A DNA stretch of 60,887 nt, counting the filler. It is 5 parts of 5 records of this genome, joined end to end, with 100 filler letters (N's around TTAATTAATTAA, not from the genome) between each part and the next. Parts side by side here need not be neighbours in the genome. Positions count along the whole stretch, not along the records: positions 18,842 to 36,801 come from SRR31156797_23843; 4 more parts are not named here. One strand, given 5' to 3'. Shown piece by piece: positions 19,217 to 30,300 of the stretch (positions within the stretch are counted from its first letter, which is position 1; each line of letters begins with the position of its first letter). Position numbers and translations under genes: made by a program. The notes under the pieces were generated by a model. It was given only the letters and a program-made list of their open reading frames with translations. It did no database searches and was not told the origin of the DNA.

Positions 19217-22200
19217 ATGAAACTTAGAACAATTCTTCTCTTTTCGGTTATCCTAATTATAAATCTTGTTTCAGTGTATGGTGCACCTATCGGCGGTCAA
19301 AAATCCGTATTAGTCTTTTCGCAGGTGATATCAATCGACATAAGAACGGTTCGATTAGACGCATACCTCAGCTCGCAAAGTATTAAAAGAGTCGGCAATA
19401 CTATCTATTCATATGATCAGCCTTCAATCACTTTTTACTATACAATATTAAATCCTGCGTCAAAGAAGAAAGTGCTTAGAATCAATAAACAATACTCTAT
19501 GCGATTTGATGCTGATGTATGTCAACGTAGCTCCAATTTTGGCGGATGGCCGGGAAAGTCATTTGGTGACTATAAAATCCATGAAGAAGATTTGAATAAA
19601 AGCTCGGACCAGGGGCGTGTCTATCATAGATCTTATTCTTTTAGTACAAGCAATGGAGCCTATATTCGTTTCAGAGTAAGGTCTCAATACGGTGCAAGCA
19701 GTAATTACGGAAATGCAATACAGCAATTTTACAGTCCGGTATTTCACATTGTCTATGATGATCATACTTCATTGCCCACTTTACCCCCTTCAGATCCAGT
19801 AGGTTATTATAAACCGGGAAATACAATAACTTTTAATTGGAATCCAACCGAAGAATTATCAAATGAGCTATTTATCAATAGAGTTAGCGAGAAAAAAGGT
19901 TCATCGAGTTTTCATAGTTATTCGCTCGTAACAGATGAGAATAGAAGGGATGATATTATAGCTTCAGTAACATCGTCGAGATATACCTCATATAGCTCTA
20001 GGTCATGGCCCCAGATTCTTGTAGATCACATACCCCCGACTGAAAATCAAGTAGCAATTTTGGCGACAGATGATCCTGGAAACCAAAAGTTCAATCTTAC
20101 TCATCGATATGAAGTCACAGATACTCGAAATGATGCAGGAGAGCCGGGATCTGGTGTTGAGGGAAAGAGTTCTGTAGATTGGACAATGCGTAATGGGACT
20201 CAAGAGCTCGTAGATGAAATAAAAAAAGATAAGAAGAAATACAAAGCTGTATTCATTGAAGCAAAAGATGAGAATAATGAACTAATTAAAGATCATTGGG
20301 ATATGGTTTTTAACCAGTTCCTCTATGACTATATATATGAATATGAAATGCAAACGAATGATAATGTCGGCAATTATACCGATATCAAGCCCGAAATATT
20401 CGGTCGAACACGGCCTCCTCAAACAGCAGGTAGTGCTCTTGAAATCATCCAGTCTAATGGAAATCTTTATACAAATATGCTTCTTCAGCTGGGTAAGAGA
20501 TTTGACCATGAGAAAATCGGTTATCAGCAACTTGAAATTTCGTATGGAGATTCTGGATACAAAGAGATTGTCACTATAGACGATTCTTTTAATGAAAACA
20601 TCCTTAGTCAGTCGGACGTGGGCAAGCTTGGGTATACCTACAATGAGGATTTTAAATATGCCCGTATTGTTGTTCCGACTGATTTTCAAAAACTTCCCCC
20701 TCATGATGTTGTTAGCGTCCAAGTTAAAGCTTTGTATCAGGACGGAACATATTCAACGAACGATCTGAGCTTCGATCTGGAGGTACCTAATATAGAGCTT
20801 GGTCAGAATAATGATTTCAATTTGAAGTTTCTCCGCGAGGGAGAAGTTATCAGCACCTTGAGATATGAAGATACCATAGACCAGAGTACTAAACGAACAC
20901 TCTATTTCAACAGCGGTTTCAGTTTGAAAGTCGAAACCGAAAATAGCGGCTTTGATAAAGAGGGAGATGAACTCTGGTTAGAGATAGAGCCCAAGGCTGG
21001 TAGTACTTACAGCAGGAAACTGACGGGAGAGGAGATCTCTTTCACAGGTTCTGAAGGTGAAATCAAATCACTTAAAATTCTGGAGAAGTCCGTTGGTGCT
21101 GCAAACTCCAGTGATTATTATAAAAGCTACGATTTGCATCTTAGTTTTGAACAGGATGCCGTTGATCTGGAAAACCTTAATATCATTTCTGTATTAGACA
21201 GTGAGGCTAATGGCGTCAGTACACTGCCCGCAGTCAATGATGGACTCTTGAACTGGAATATCGATTTCACAAGACTAGTTGGCACAGAGAAGAAGAGCCG
21301 GATAGAGTCTCTCACTTTCTTTGAGTACCCCGATGGTGCGGGCGATGTCCCCATCGGTTATGCTAAATACAAAGAGCTGGCAGCGGGAGAGGGGTTCAGG
21401 AAGACGTTCGTCCCTTATGACGGCAGCTATGATATCCCGGAGAATTATGAATTTACTCTCGCAGACTTAGCATCAGATAGTGAAGAGCTAAGGCGGACAG
21501 GTTTGATGATCCAGGACTCTGCCGGCAACCGGATGTTTGTGGTTAAACGAGTTCACTATGACCGTATAGCGCCTCCTGGTTTGCTTTCTGACTCTGAGAC
21601 CGTGGTGAAGTGGTATGCTGAAGGCGATCCAGAAGCGGATGCCATCCGATTCTTTAAATATGATCCCGAAACTCGATTCCTGACTCTACAGCTCGATAAT
21701 TCTGCCTATAACAATGGCATTGATGGATTATCAAGGCTTAACAACTGCGTGATCACATCAACTGCTGCGGATTACATTTCCTATGTAGATGATATTGATT
21801 TTGAGGGTCAATCTACGGAAGCCAATTCCATCAAACTGACTCTTTCAGATGGATTCCCTTCAGATATTCCCCTCGATTTCGATCTGACCTTTACAGATGC
21901 AGCGGGGAATGAGACGGTGAATAACTTAAGAGTCTATACACCCCTTTATTTCCCGATCGCTTCGGATCAGACGGCCTACCTTAGCCGTACTGACAGGGAG
22001 TGGTCGGAAGAGATCCATAACGAACGCCCCTTGTACCATCACTTCCGTTGGGATCAGATCGGACTACAGCAGAATGAGCTCCGCTTATATCCCATAGATG
22101 ATAGCGGAGTTGTCGCTGACAATGCTCTTAACGGATTATTTGATCCCGATGTAGATGCCCATGACTCCAAGGAGTATGAGCTGCGGGGAGTGAACCGTTC

Positions 22201-25200
22201 GCTGTATGAGTCAGGTCCGCAGGTCTCTAGCATTCGGTTTACCCGGGATGGAATCAATAACAGTCCCGTAATTCTGGGATACAGCGTCGAAGGTTCCTTT
22301 GCCGATGTGGACGGGAAGCTGTATACAGGTCCGAATAATACGATTGATATCAGATACCGTGATTATGATGAGACAGACTCCCTTACCCTTCAGTGGTTTG
22401 TGGACGGGGTAGCCTATAAAGAGGTACAGCCCCTGACGAATGTCGTGGAAGGCCAGGCCAACTTCAGTCTTTCCGGTTTTTTCGACGACCTTGAGAATAA
22501 CAAATCCTATGAGCTGAAGTATAAGATCCAGGACAGCTGGGGTGAGAACCAGGGTGAAGGGACCGTCGAGTTCAGAAACTACGTTTACGATGATGAGGCG
22601 CCTGAGATGGCGTACCTCTTCGATCAGCGGGACGGTTTTGCCTATATCTACGGGGATGTTCATCTTAAGGTGACGGACAACCAGGCGGGACTCGATGAGT
22701 GGACAATGACAAGCGCTCCTGAGGGAACCTTATGTAATGGTGAAAACTCGCTTGAAGGCTATACCCATCAGGTCAGCCTGATTCCCGATGGGAAAGAACA
22801 TGTCCTCGTCTTCGATTTTGAAGACCGTGTCGGGAACGTCAATAAAAGCGCCAGCATCGGTCCCTTCGGCAAAGACTCCGAGTCTCCCAGTCTCAGTGCT
22901 GTGAAGCTGGGCTATAAGGATAAGACCGTCTCCGATCTTTTCAGCAGGCCCCTTATCCCTGTAAGCGCCTCCTGGTCGGACAATGTCTCCGGAGTCGACC
23001 GCATCGCCTATCGCTTCCTGAACGATGACGAGGTCCTCAAGGAGGGCGTGAGCCTCAAGGCGGGAGAGCTGACCGATCTGTTTAGCGATACCCTGGACCT
23101 GAGCTGTACGTTGTCTGGAACTGAAGTCAACGATGATGAGGCCTATACTCTGCAGATCAAGCTGCTCGATAACGCCGGAAACGGCGGTGAAGCGGAGTGG
23201 GAAGAGGTCAGCGATACCATTACTATGGACTCCGTTCTCCCCATCGTAAGGGTGACAGGAGTCTCAGGTCTCAAGCAAAGCGGCGGGACCTATTATTACA
23301 ACGGCTCACAGGCCGCTTCGCTGCAGCATAGCATCACAGATGCCCATCCCGGCAGCGAGATCTGGTATGAAAGAGAACATGACGGAGATATCAATAGCTC
23401 TACCAGTCTTTCGTCTCTTCTCGGCACGATGGGAGAAGGGGACGATTATCAGATTCGTGTGGGGACGAAGGACCGGGCTGGAAACAGAGGCGTAAGCAGC
23501 TGGATCCCCGTTGTTAAGGACAGCAATGCCCCTACGGCCGCGACGCTGTCGCTTCAAAGCAGCGGGACTATGGACGTGGGCAGTCAGGTCCGTTTCACCT
23601 TCAGCGCCCATGATGCGGCAAGCAGGGTGAAGAGCTTCAAGCTCTGGATAGGACGAAAAGAGAATGAGGCCGATGTACCCGTTATTTCAAGCCTGCTTCC
23701 CGGAGCGGATGAGAACGGCTTGCTCAGTATCGATTATGTGGATGGTAAGATCTATACGGTAAACATACCTGATGTGGAAGCGGGAAGCTACTTCTTTAAG
23801 GCTTCTGTAATCGATAATGCGGGTAACGCGAGTCCTCTGACTATCCTTTCGGGACAGACTCTGGCCATAGCCGCATCTGCGGAGCGCCTCGTGGTCCACG
23901 ACTATGACAGCTACAGCAGCGAAAGGAACAGCCTGAAGGGCTGGTGGGAGTATGAGGGCGAGAAGATCCTGAACCACTACTCCTACAGGCTTATCGACGC
24001 CTCTTCAGGCGCTCCCGTGGGAGAGTGGAAAACCAGTTTTCTGAACTACGGCGAGGTGATAGTCGATTCCTCCTTCACCGAAGGAAACCGGTATTATTTT
24101 GAAGTCTATGCCCGCTACGAAGACGGCAGCAAGAGCGGCAGTCGTTTCAGCCCCGGTACGATTATGGACTTTAGCGGTCCAGCCATCGCCTCTGCTGCGG
24201 TTAATCAGGCGGGCACCCTGAACGACATCAAGCTGAACTGGTCTTCCTCAGATTCTCTTTCCGCTGTCAGCCGTGTGGAAGCCCTGGTGGAACGTTACAA
24301 AAGAGATGAATCCGGTAATGTCCTTATGACCGATGATGGCGCGGGCAACCAGGTTCCCCTGCGCGAGGCTTTGGGACTGTTTGACCTGGGTTCTGACATC
24401 AGTTCATGCGGCAGAGCGGTAATGCCCGCCGAGTACGCAGACGCTCTGACTGTTGGGGATGGAGAGAAGCTCTTCGTAACACTCAGGGTCAGCGACCTGG
24501 CCGGCAATGTGAGTGAGAAGGCCGCCGGAGTCTTTATCAAGGACGCCTCGGCGCCCCCCATGCCCGTCGTCATTGACGGTGGAGACTATATCAACCCCGA
24601 TAAGCTTGCCGTCTCTCCTCTGAGGTTCAGCTGGCAGTGGAGCTCTGCCGACGATCATAGCGGCGTCGGAAGCTATCACTACCAGATCCTGGAGTCCAGA
24701 GAGGACATAGACGAATCGGCCTGGATTGAGCTAAACGATGTAGAACTGAGTCTCAACGCCCTTGGCGGCAGTTTTGCCAACGGCTCTGAGATCCTGTGCG
24801 CGGTCAAGGCCGTTAACGGTGCGGGACTCAGCAGCATCGGGTATTCGGACGGCATCGTCCTGGATAATACCAAACCCGATACGGCCAGGGTCGTTTTGAC
24901 CCGTGGCGGAAATGAAGAAGCTCTTTATATTACGGGAGAGAAGGGCGGACTGATCCTGAGTTCTGAGGACGCCCAGTCGGGTATTTCCCGTTTTGAATAT
25001 GAGGCGGGAACCTTCAGCGGAACCGAATGGGTCTCTCTCGGGCCCGTCAGCGAAGCCGTCGCATCTGAGAATGCGGTTGATGTGGACTTCCCCGAGGGGC
25101 TTGTTCCTTTCTCCGTCCTTTACTACAGGGCCACGGCCTACAATGCGGCGGGAGACCCTTCAAGCCTCCCCGGCTACAGCCTTGGCGCCCGGTACATCGA

Positions 25201-27385
25201 TGATGCCGTGGTGATCCGTAACCTGATCGGAGACTCCTCAAACGGAGAGCTTGTCTTTACCTGGGATACCTTCAGCGTTCTTCCCGTAACAAACTTCAGC
25301 TACAGCCTGAAAAAGAGCGGCGTGTCGGTAAGATCAGGAAGCCTCGACGGATCTGAGCGTTCCCTCAGGCTGGAGGGCCTTGCAGACGGCAGCTACCAGC
25401 TGGCCCTGAGCTATGAAGGGGCCGACGGTCTTATGGGGGGAGACAGCGTTTCCAGCCCCATCGTCCGTCTGGACACGACGGCGCCGTCTGTGGACCGTCT
25501 GTACTACGACCATTACATCAATGACTTTTTGAACTATAGATTCGCCATTGTGGACAACCTCTCCGGTTCCGGCGGTTACCGCTACAGGGTCGGCCCTGTC
25601 GGTTCGCCCGATCTTCTGACAGGCGGCTGGGTAAGCGATGAGGACGTCGAGAGTTTTGTAGATGAATCCCTCTCTGTCCTGGACGATCTTCAGGGCGGCA
25701 GCGACTCTCTGGCGGACGGAGATACCATAGTTCTCGCTCTCCAGGTGAAAGACCGGAGCGGCAACTGGTCTCCTGTCATCTCCAGCGATCCCGTCCTTGT
25801 GGATCGAAGCGCTCCCGGAGCACCCCTGGTGGGGCATAACCTGACCCTGGTTCTGGATGAAGAGGAATTCGTACAGAGCGATCACTATCTGTACGAAGCG
25901 GATAAAGCGGATCGCCTGATTATCGAGGGGTTTGACGGTGAGAGCGGTATCAAGGGCTATGTGTGGGCGCTGGAGACCGTCGGAAGCGGATCAGAGCTTG
26001 ACTGGAGCGTACTTGAGATTGTAGACAGCGAGCCCGGTTACAAAGAGCTTAAACTCTCAGACCATGCGCTGGCTCCCGTCGCCCTGGATGACGGCGTCCA
26101 GTACCGGATCCATGTGAAGCTTGTAAACAAGTCGGGGCTTTACTCTCCCGAGGCGTCCACTCCGATCCTGACGGCGGACCTGAACGCACCAGAGGCCGTG
26201 TTCGATACGGAGAACTCAGGTTTGGACTTCAAAGATGAGCTGCTGGTCTATAACGAGTCGGGCGAGGTTTATCTGGATGTAGTCAATGAGAAGGGGGACG
26301 TCCTTTACTTCTCTTACAGCCTGACCGGCGATGACGGCTATCAGTCCGATGTTACCGAGACGAAACTCCTGGGAAATGAGCACAAGAGGCTGACGGCTCT
26401 GTTCGAACCATCCGTGGCCGATGCCTATGGCAACTACACCATGAATGTGGATCTTACCGACGCGGGAGGCCGGACCAGACGGTTCAGCCAGAAGATCAGG
26501 CTCAACAGTCCGCCCTTTTTCACACCCGATGTGGTAAGCAGTTTTCCCATGAAGCCCTTCGATCTGACCTTCTCCAACTGGATAGACGATCCGGACGGCG
26601 TGGGAGGCTATGAGGTCGTGATCCATAAGGGTGATGAGGATGTGCGTTACAGCTTTACCACACCCGGGGATATTACGGACCTGGCCTATGATCACCCGGC
26701 TCCCTATGCGGGAAGCACCGAATACTCCTACTCCGTAACGGCTGAGGACAGATACGGCCAGGGCATGAGCGCGGAGGGATCATTCGCCATCGTCAATACC
26801 ACGGAGGGCAAGCTCTACACCGATGAGTACTGGACGGGAGTCCACCAGCTGAAGGGGCCGGTGACAGTGCCGTCCGGACTGAAGCTTCATGTGGACAACG
26901 GCACGACCGTACAGGTCATTCAGAATCTGGAAGACCAGGAGGTCCCCGGAATCGTGGTTGAATCGGGAGCAGAGATCAGCCATGACGGTTCGGCGGTGTA
27001 TGAGGTTCTTGAAGGAACCGAAGGTTACCGTTGGAAGGGCCTTGAGGTGGAAGGCACGGGAGATTTTGACAACGTGAGGATCAGCGGCGCCGAGAGGGCT
27101 CTGACCCTCATATCGACAGGGGCAAGCTCTATTACGGGGGCCGTGTTTGAAGACAACGATATCGGGCTTCATCTATACGGCGTCTCGCCGGATATAGGGG
27201 GGTGCCGATTCACAGACAACCGCTATTACGGCATCAAGGAAGACGGCGGAAGCGATCCCGTCGTGACGGGAAGCGCTTTCTTCGGCAACGGATTTGACTA
27301 CTACGACGAAGACAAAACGGTTTTGGATTTTGAAGGTGTAAACGGCCTGGACGGAAACTTCGGCAACACAGGAGATATTCAGTAA
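19217..27385 (+). CDS. Giant secreted protein (2722 aa): tandem Ig/FN3-like repeats with a C-terminal right-handed beta-helix
   Basis: Signal peptide MKLRTILLFSVILIINLVSVYG. More than 10 repeats ending D/N-x-A-G-N with D-x-x-x-P linkers (DSAGN..YDRIAPP, DRAGN..KDSNAPT, DLAGN..KDASAPP, DRSGN..VDRSAPG). C-terminal VTVPSG..L.V..GTTV..WKGL..F.DN..G beta-helix pattern. ATG 19217 follows GAGG. Confidence 0.8.
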   Translation: MKLRTILLFSVILIINLVSVYGAPIGGQKSVLVFSQVISIDIRTVRLDAYLSSQSIKRVGNTIYSYDQPSITFYYTILNPASKKKVLRINKQYSMRFDADVCQRSSNFGGWPGKSFGDYKIHEEDLNKSSDQGRVYHRSYSFSTSNGAYIRFRVRSQYGASSNYGNAIQQFYSPVFHIVYDDHTSLPTLPPSDPVGYYKPGNTITFNWNPTEELSNELFINRVSEKKGSSSFHSYSLVTDENRRDDIIASVTSSRYTSYSSRSWPQILVDHIPPTENQVAILATDDPGNQKFNLTHRYEVTDTRNDAGEPGSGVEGKSSVDWTMRNGTQELVDEIKKDKKKYKAVFIEAKDENNELIKDHWDMVFNQFLYDYIYEYEMQTNDNVGNYTDIKPEIFGRTRPPQTAGSALEIIQSNGNLYTNMLLQLGKRFDHEKIGYQQLEISYGDSGYKEIVTIDDSFNENILSQSDVGKLGYTYNEDFKYARIVVPTDFQKLPPHDVVSVQVKALYQDGTYSTNDLSFDLEVPNIELGQNNDFNLKFLREGEVISTLRYEDTIDQSTKRTLYFNSGFSLKVETENSGFDKEGDELWLEIEPKAGSTYSRKLTGEEISFTGSEGEIKSLKILEKSVGAANSSDYYKSYDLHLSFEQDAVDLENLNIISVLDSEANGVSTLPAVNDGLLNWNIDFTRLVGTEKKSRIESLTFFEYPDGAGDVPIGYAKYKELAAGEGFRKTFVPYDGSYDIPENYEFTLADLASDSEELRRTGLMIQDSAGNRMFVVKRVHYDRIAPPGLLSDSETVVKWYAEGDPEADAIRFFKYDPETRFLTLQLDNSAYNNGIDGLSRLNNCVITSTAADYISYVDDIDFEGQSTEANSIKLTLSDGFPSDIPLDFDLTFTDAAGNETVNNLRVYTPLYFPIASDQTAYLSRTDREWSEEIHNERPLYHHFRWDQIGLQQNELRLYPIDDSGVVADNALNGLFDPDVDAHDSKEYELRGVNRSLYESGPQVSSIRFTRDGINNSPVILGYSVEGSFADVDGKLYTGPNNTIDIRYRDYDETDSLTLQWFVDGVAYKEVQPLTNVVEGQANFSLSGFFDDLENNKSYELKYKIQDSWGENQGEGTVEFRNYVYDDEAPEMAYLFDQRDGFAYIYGDVHLKVTDNQAGLDEWTMTSAPEGTLCNGENSLEGYTHQVSLIPDGKEHVLVFDFEDRVGNVNKSASIGPFGKDSESPSLSAVKLGYKDKTVSDLFSRPLIPVSASWSDNVSGVDRIAYRFLNDDEVLKEGVSLKAGELTDLFSDTLDLSCTLSGTEVNDDEAYTLQIKLLDNAGNGGEAEWEEVSDTITMDSVLPIVRVTGVSGLKQSGGTYYYNGSQAASLQHSITDAHPGSEIWYEREHDGDINSSTSLSSLLGTMGEGDDYQIRVGTKDRAGNRGVSSWIPVVKDSNAPTAATLSLQSSGTMDVGSQVRFTFSAHDAASRVKSFKLWIGRKENEADVPVISSLLPGADENGLLSIDYVDGKIYTVNIPDVEAGSYFFKASVIDNAGNASPLTILSGQTLAIAASAERLVVHDYDSYSSERNSLKGWWEYEGEKILNHYSYRLIDASSGAPVGEWKTSFLNYGEVIVDSSFTEGNRYYFEVYARYEDGSKSGSRFSPGTIMDFSGPAIASAAVNQAGTLNDIKLNWSSSDSLSAVSRVEALVERYKRDESGNVLMTDDGAGNQVPLREALGLFDLGSDISSCGRAVMPAEYADALTVGDGEKLFVTLRVSDLAGNVSEKAAGVFIKDASAPPMPVVIDGGDYINPDKLAVSPLRFSWQWSSADDHSGVGSYHYQILESREDIDESAWIELNDVELSLNALGGSFANGSEILCAVKAVNGAGLSSIGYSDGIVLDNTKPDTARVVLTRGGNEEALYITGEKGGLILSSEDAQSGISRFEYEAGTFSGTEWVSLGPVSEAVASENAVDVDFPEGLVPFSVLYYRATAYNAAGDPSSLPGYSLGARYIDDAVVIRNLIGDSSNGELVFTWDTFSVLPVTNFSYSLKKSGVSVRSGSLDGSERSLRLEGLADGSYQLALSYEGADGLMGGDSVSSPIVRLDTTAPSVDRLYYDHYINDFLNYRFAIVDNLSGSGGYRYRVGPVGSPDLLTGGWVSDEDVESFVDESLSVLDDLQGGSDSLADGDTIVLALQVKDRSGNWSPVISSDPVLVDRSAPGAPLVGHNLTLVLDEEEFVQSDHYLYEADKADRLIIEGFDGESGIKGYVWALETVGSGSELDWSVLEIVDSEPGYKELKLSDHALAPVALDDGVQYRIHVKLVNKSGLYSPEASTPILTADLNAPEAVFDTENSGLDFKDELLVYNESGEVYLDVVNEKGDVLYFSYSLTGDDGYQSDVTETKLLGNEHKRLTALFEPSVADAYGNYTMNVDLTDAGGRTRRFSQKIRLNSPPFFTPDVVSSFPMKPFDLTFSNWIDDPDGVGGYEVVIHKGDEDVRYSFTTPGDITDLAYDHPAPYAGSTEYSYSVTAEDRYGQGMSAEGSFAIVNTTEGKLYTDEYWTGVHQLKGPVTVPSGLKLHVDNGTTVQVIQNLEDQEVPGIVVESGAEISHDGSAVYEVLEGTEGYRWKGLEVEGTGDFDNVRISGAERALTLISTGASSITGAVFEDNDIGLHLYGVSPDIGGCRFTDNRYYGIKEDGGSDPVVTGSAFFGNGFDYYDEDKTVLDFEGVNGLDGNFGNTGDIQ

Positions 27386-30300
27386 TGGGACACAATATGA
27401 GAAGCGTAAAAACACTGATTGTTTTCTTGGCATTCTTCTTTACCGCTCTGGGCGGCTTTGCCTGGGAAGAGAAGAGTGATATCCTCGTTACGGCCTCGGG
27501 GAATACGGCTGTGGAGCATCCGCCCGTTTTGTCGAACGACGGCATACCGAATACATATGCGTCCTTCAAACCCGCAGAGTCGGGCTGGCTTAAGATAAAA
27601 CTGGATGAAGCCAGGCTGGTCAAAGCCGTTCAGATAGACGGAATCGTTCCCGGCGGGATCGAAGGCTCTGTCGGTTATGAGCAGGGAGGGATGCAGAAGA
27701 CCTTCCCCTCCGGTTATTTTTCAGAGCGAAGCGGTGAGTTCGTCATTGATATCGCCCGTAGCCGGGTGGTGACGGATACCCTCTATATCAGTTTCAAAGG
27801 CGACCTCCTGGATCAGATAAGGGTCAATGAGATCCGCGTTCTGACGGAAGACGCAGATGAGGTGTATTACCGCAAGCGCTTACTTACAATTGAGGCCAGC
27901 GACAATACATCCTACCATAGCTCCGAGCAGAGCCTGACAGACAGCTTACCCGGTACTTACTGGGCGGTGAGAAGCCCCGAGGAGTGGGGCCATCTGCACT
28001 GGTTTGTTCAGGAGTGCCTGAAGGGCTGGCATAAGTACGTTCGCCGTCGTGCCCCCTGGAAAGAGGGCTTTGTCGAACTGGCTATGGAAGAGCCGGGCAG
28101 CGCCGAAAAGCTGAAGATTTATGTGAAAGACAGCGCCAGCGGAAGGCTAGAGGTTAGCATCAAAAAGAACGGCGGGTGGCAATCTCTGGATACCTTGGAT
28201 CTTGAACATATCTCAGGATGGCTGAGCTACGATCTGGAACCGGCTGAATCGATTGAAGGGCTGAAGCTCTATGTCATCGGCAGGAACAAAGAACTGGGCG
28301 GCATCGGCGAGGTTGAAATCTGGGGCCGGGAAGGCTATAAAGGCCTCGTCTCTGAAGACCTTTTCGCCTGCGGCGAAGGTGTTGTCAATGAGGACAGCGG
28401 CTTCTTCACATTGGAAGAAGTCTCTCCCATGGACAGCTATACTTTAAGCGCTGTTTTCAATTCGCTCAGCGAAGAGAACATCCTGAATCTGAACGGAGAA
28501 GATCTTTCTCCTTTCAGTATCATCCCTCAGGATGAGGCTTTCCTTTATGAGTACAGGCTTCTGGGTAATCAACTCTGGCAGGGCGATAACTTTATCGGTC
28601 TTCAATTCCCCGAAGATTCCAAGTACCATTCTGTTCATCTGAGAAAGAACGAGGATGACGGCATCCTCCTGAATACGGAAGGACTTCCCGGAGACGGCCG
28701 CGTGGTCAACGGAATCTGGGGACGCTATGACGGCGAGGTCAGCTTCGACGGCGAATATGATGTCCACTATGTCAAGGTCTCTTTTTCTGGTTCGGCCCCC
28801 GGTACGGTCTATCAGAAGAACAGAGGCGTCCAGGCTCAGGTTTACAGCCATGACAATGGCGCAGTCTTCCATGGGATAGGCGATTCTTCCTATCCCGGCG
28901 GGAACGGGGACTACAAGATCCTTTCCTCTGTCGAGACGGGTGAAGGCTATGTGATCTATCGGGGTGAAGGCCCTGCGGACACCATCGGGTTCACAGCCGG
29001 AACGGATGTTACCGAGGTGGAAGTGACCGCCGGTCGTACGGAGGCTTCCTTTCCCTTTATCAGGATCCTGCAGCCCGAGTCCTACGGCGAATACCTGGAG
29101 CATGAGTTTGTCTACAAGGCCGTTTACGGTATAAGCGACTCGCCGGAAGGTGATTTCAAGATCAACGGCAAAAGAGCCAAGGTCTACGGTAATATCTTCT
29201 TTGTTGAGGCCATGAAGCTTAATATTAAAAAAGAGCATGGCCTCCAGAGCATCACGGCGACGGTAAACGACAGCCAGGGCCGCTCTTCATCCTATGATGT
29301 GAACTATCTGAACTATTCCAATAGATATTACATCCGCATGGATCAGGAGGAGGACCAGTACTACACCAGGGACGATTACTTCACCGTCTCCGGTAAGGCC
29401 AACTACTGGGTCAACCGTCTGTATATCAATGACGAGGCCGTTCCCATCGACAGGATGAACTTCTCCAGCGATATCCCCCTGAAGGAGGGCTTGAATCAGA
29501 TTCAGGTTAAGTTTACCGACAGATGGAGGGGCCAAACCGTGGCCATGTACATCATCAAGGTGTACAAATACTCAGGTGAGATCGCCATCGATATCAAGAA
29601 TCCCGTGGACGGGATCTATGTGAACGAGGCGGAAACCTATGTGTCCGGTTCCGCCCGGGGCGCCGGACTGTCCTCTGTTACGGTCAACGGCAAGAGCACC
29701 ACCATAAACGGAACCGGCTTTGTCAGCGATGAACCTGTGGCCCTGAGCTCCGATGAGAATATCATCACCGTGACGGCTGTAGACAAGACAGGCTACAGCA
29801 CAACGAAAACAATAACGGTTTACCGTGACCTGATCCCTCCTGTGATCAGCGAGGTGAATCCACCGGGAGGCACCTGGTTCAAGGAGAAGGACGTTACCTT
29901 CTCCGGTATAGCCACGGACGATAACAGCTGTACGGTCCTTGTGAACGGCCATCTGGCCATGAGGTCGGGAGACGGCTTTCTGGCAGTGGTCCCTCTGGAA
30001 GAGGGGGATAACGAGATCCAGGTGATCGCCACCGACCTGGCGGGCAATGTGGCGCGGCACGAACCATTTATTATCAAGATAGACTCCACGCCTCCCGAGA
30101 CCTTCGATATAGGCCTCGATCCCGATACCTGGACCAGCAACAGGCGTCCGGATATCGCCTTTTCCACCACCGATGCGGGCATCGGCCTCAGCCATTACGA
30201 GGTCTCTATTAACGGTCAGAACTATGTGCTCCAACAGAGCCCTTTCAAGCTTCCCTTCCTCCCGGAAGGCGAGAACCTGATCCAGGTGAAGGCCTTCGAC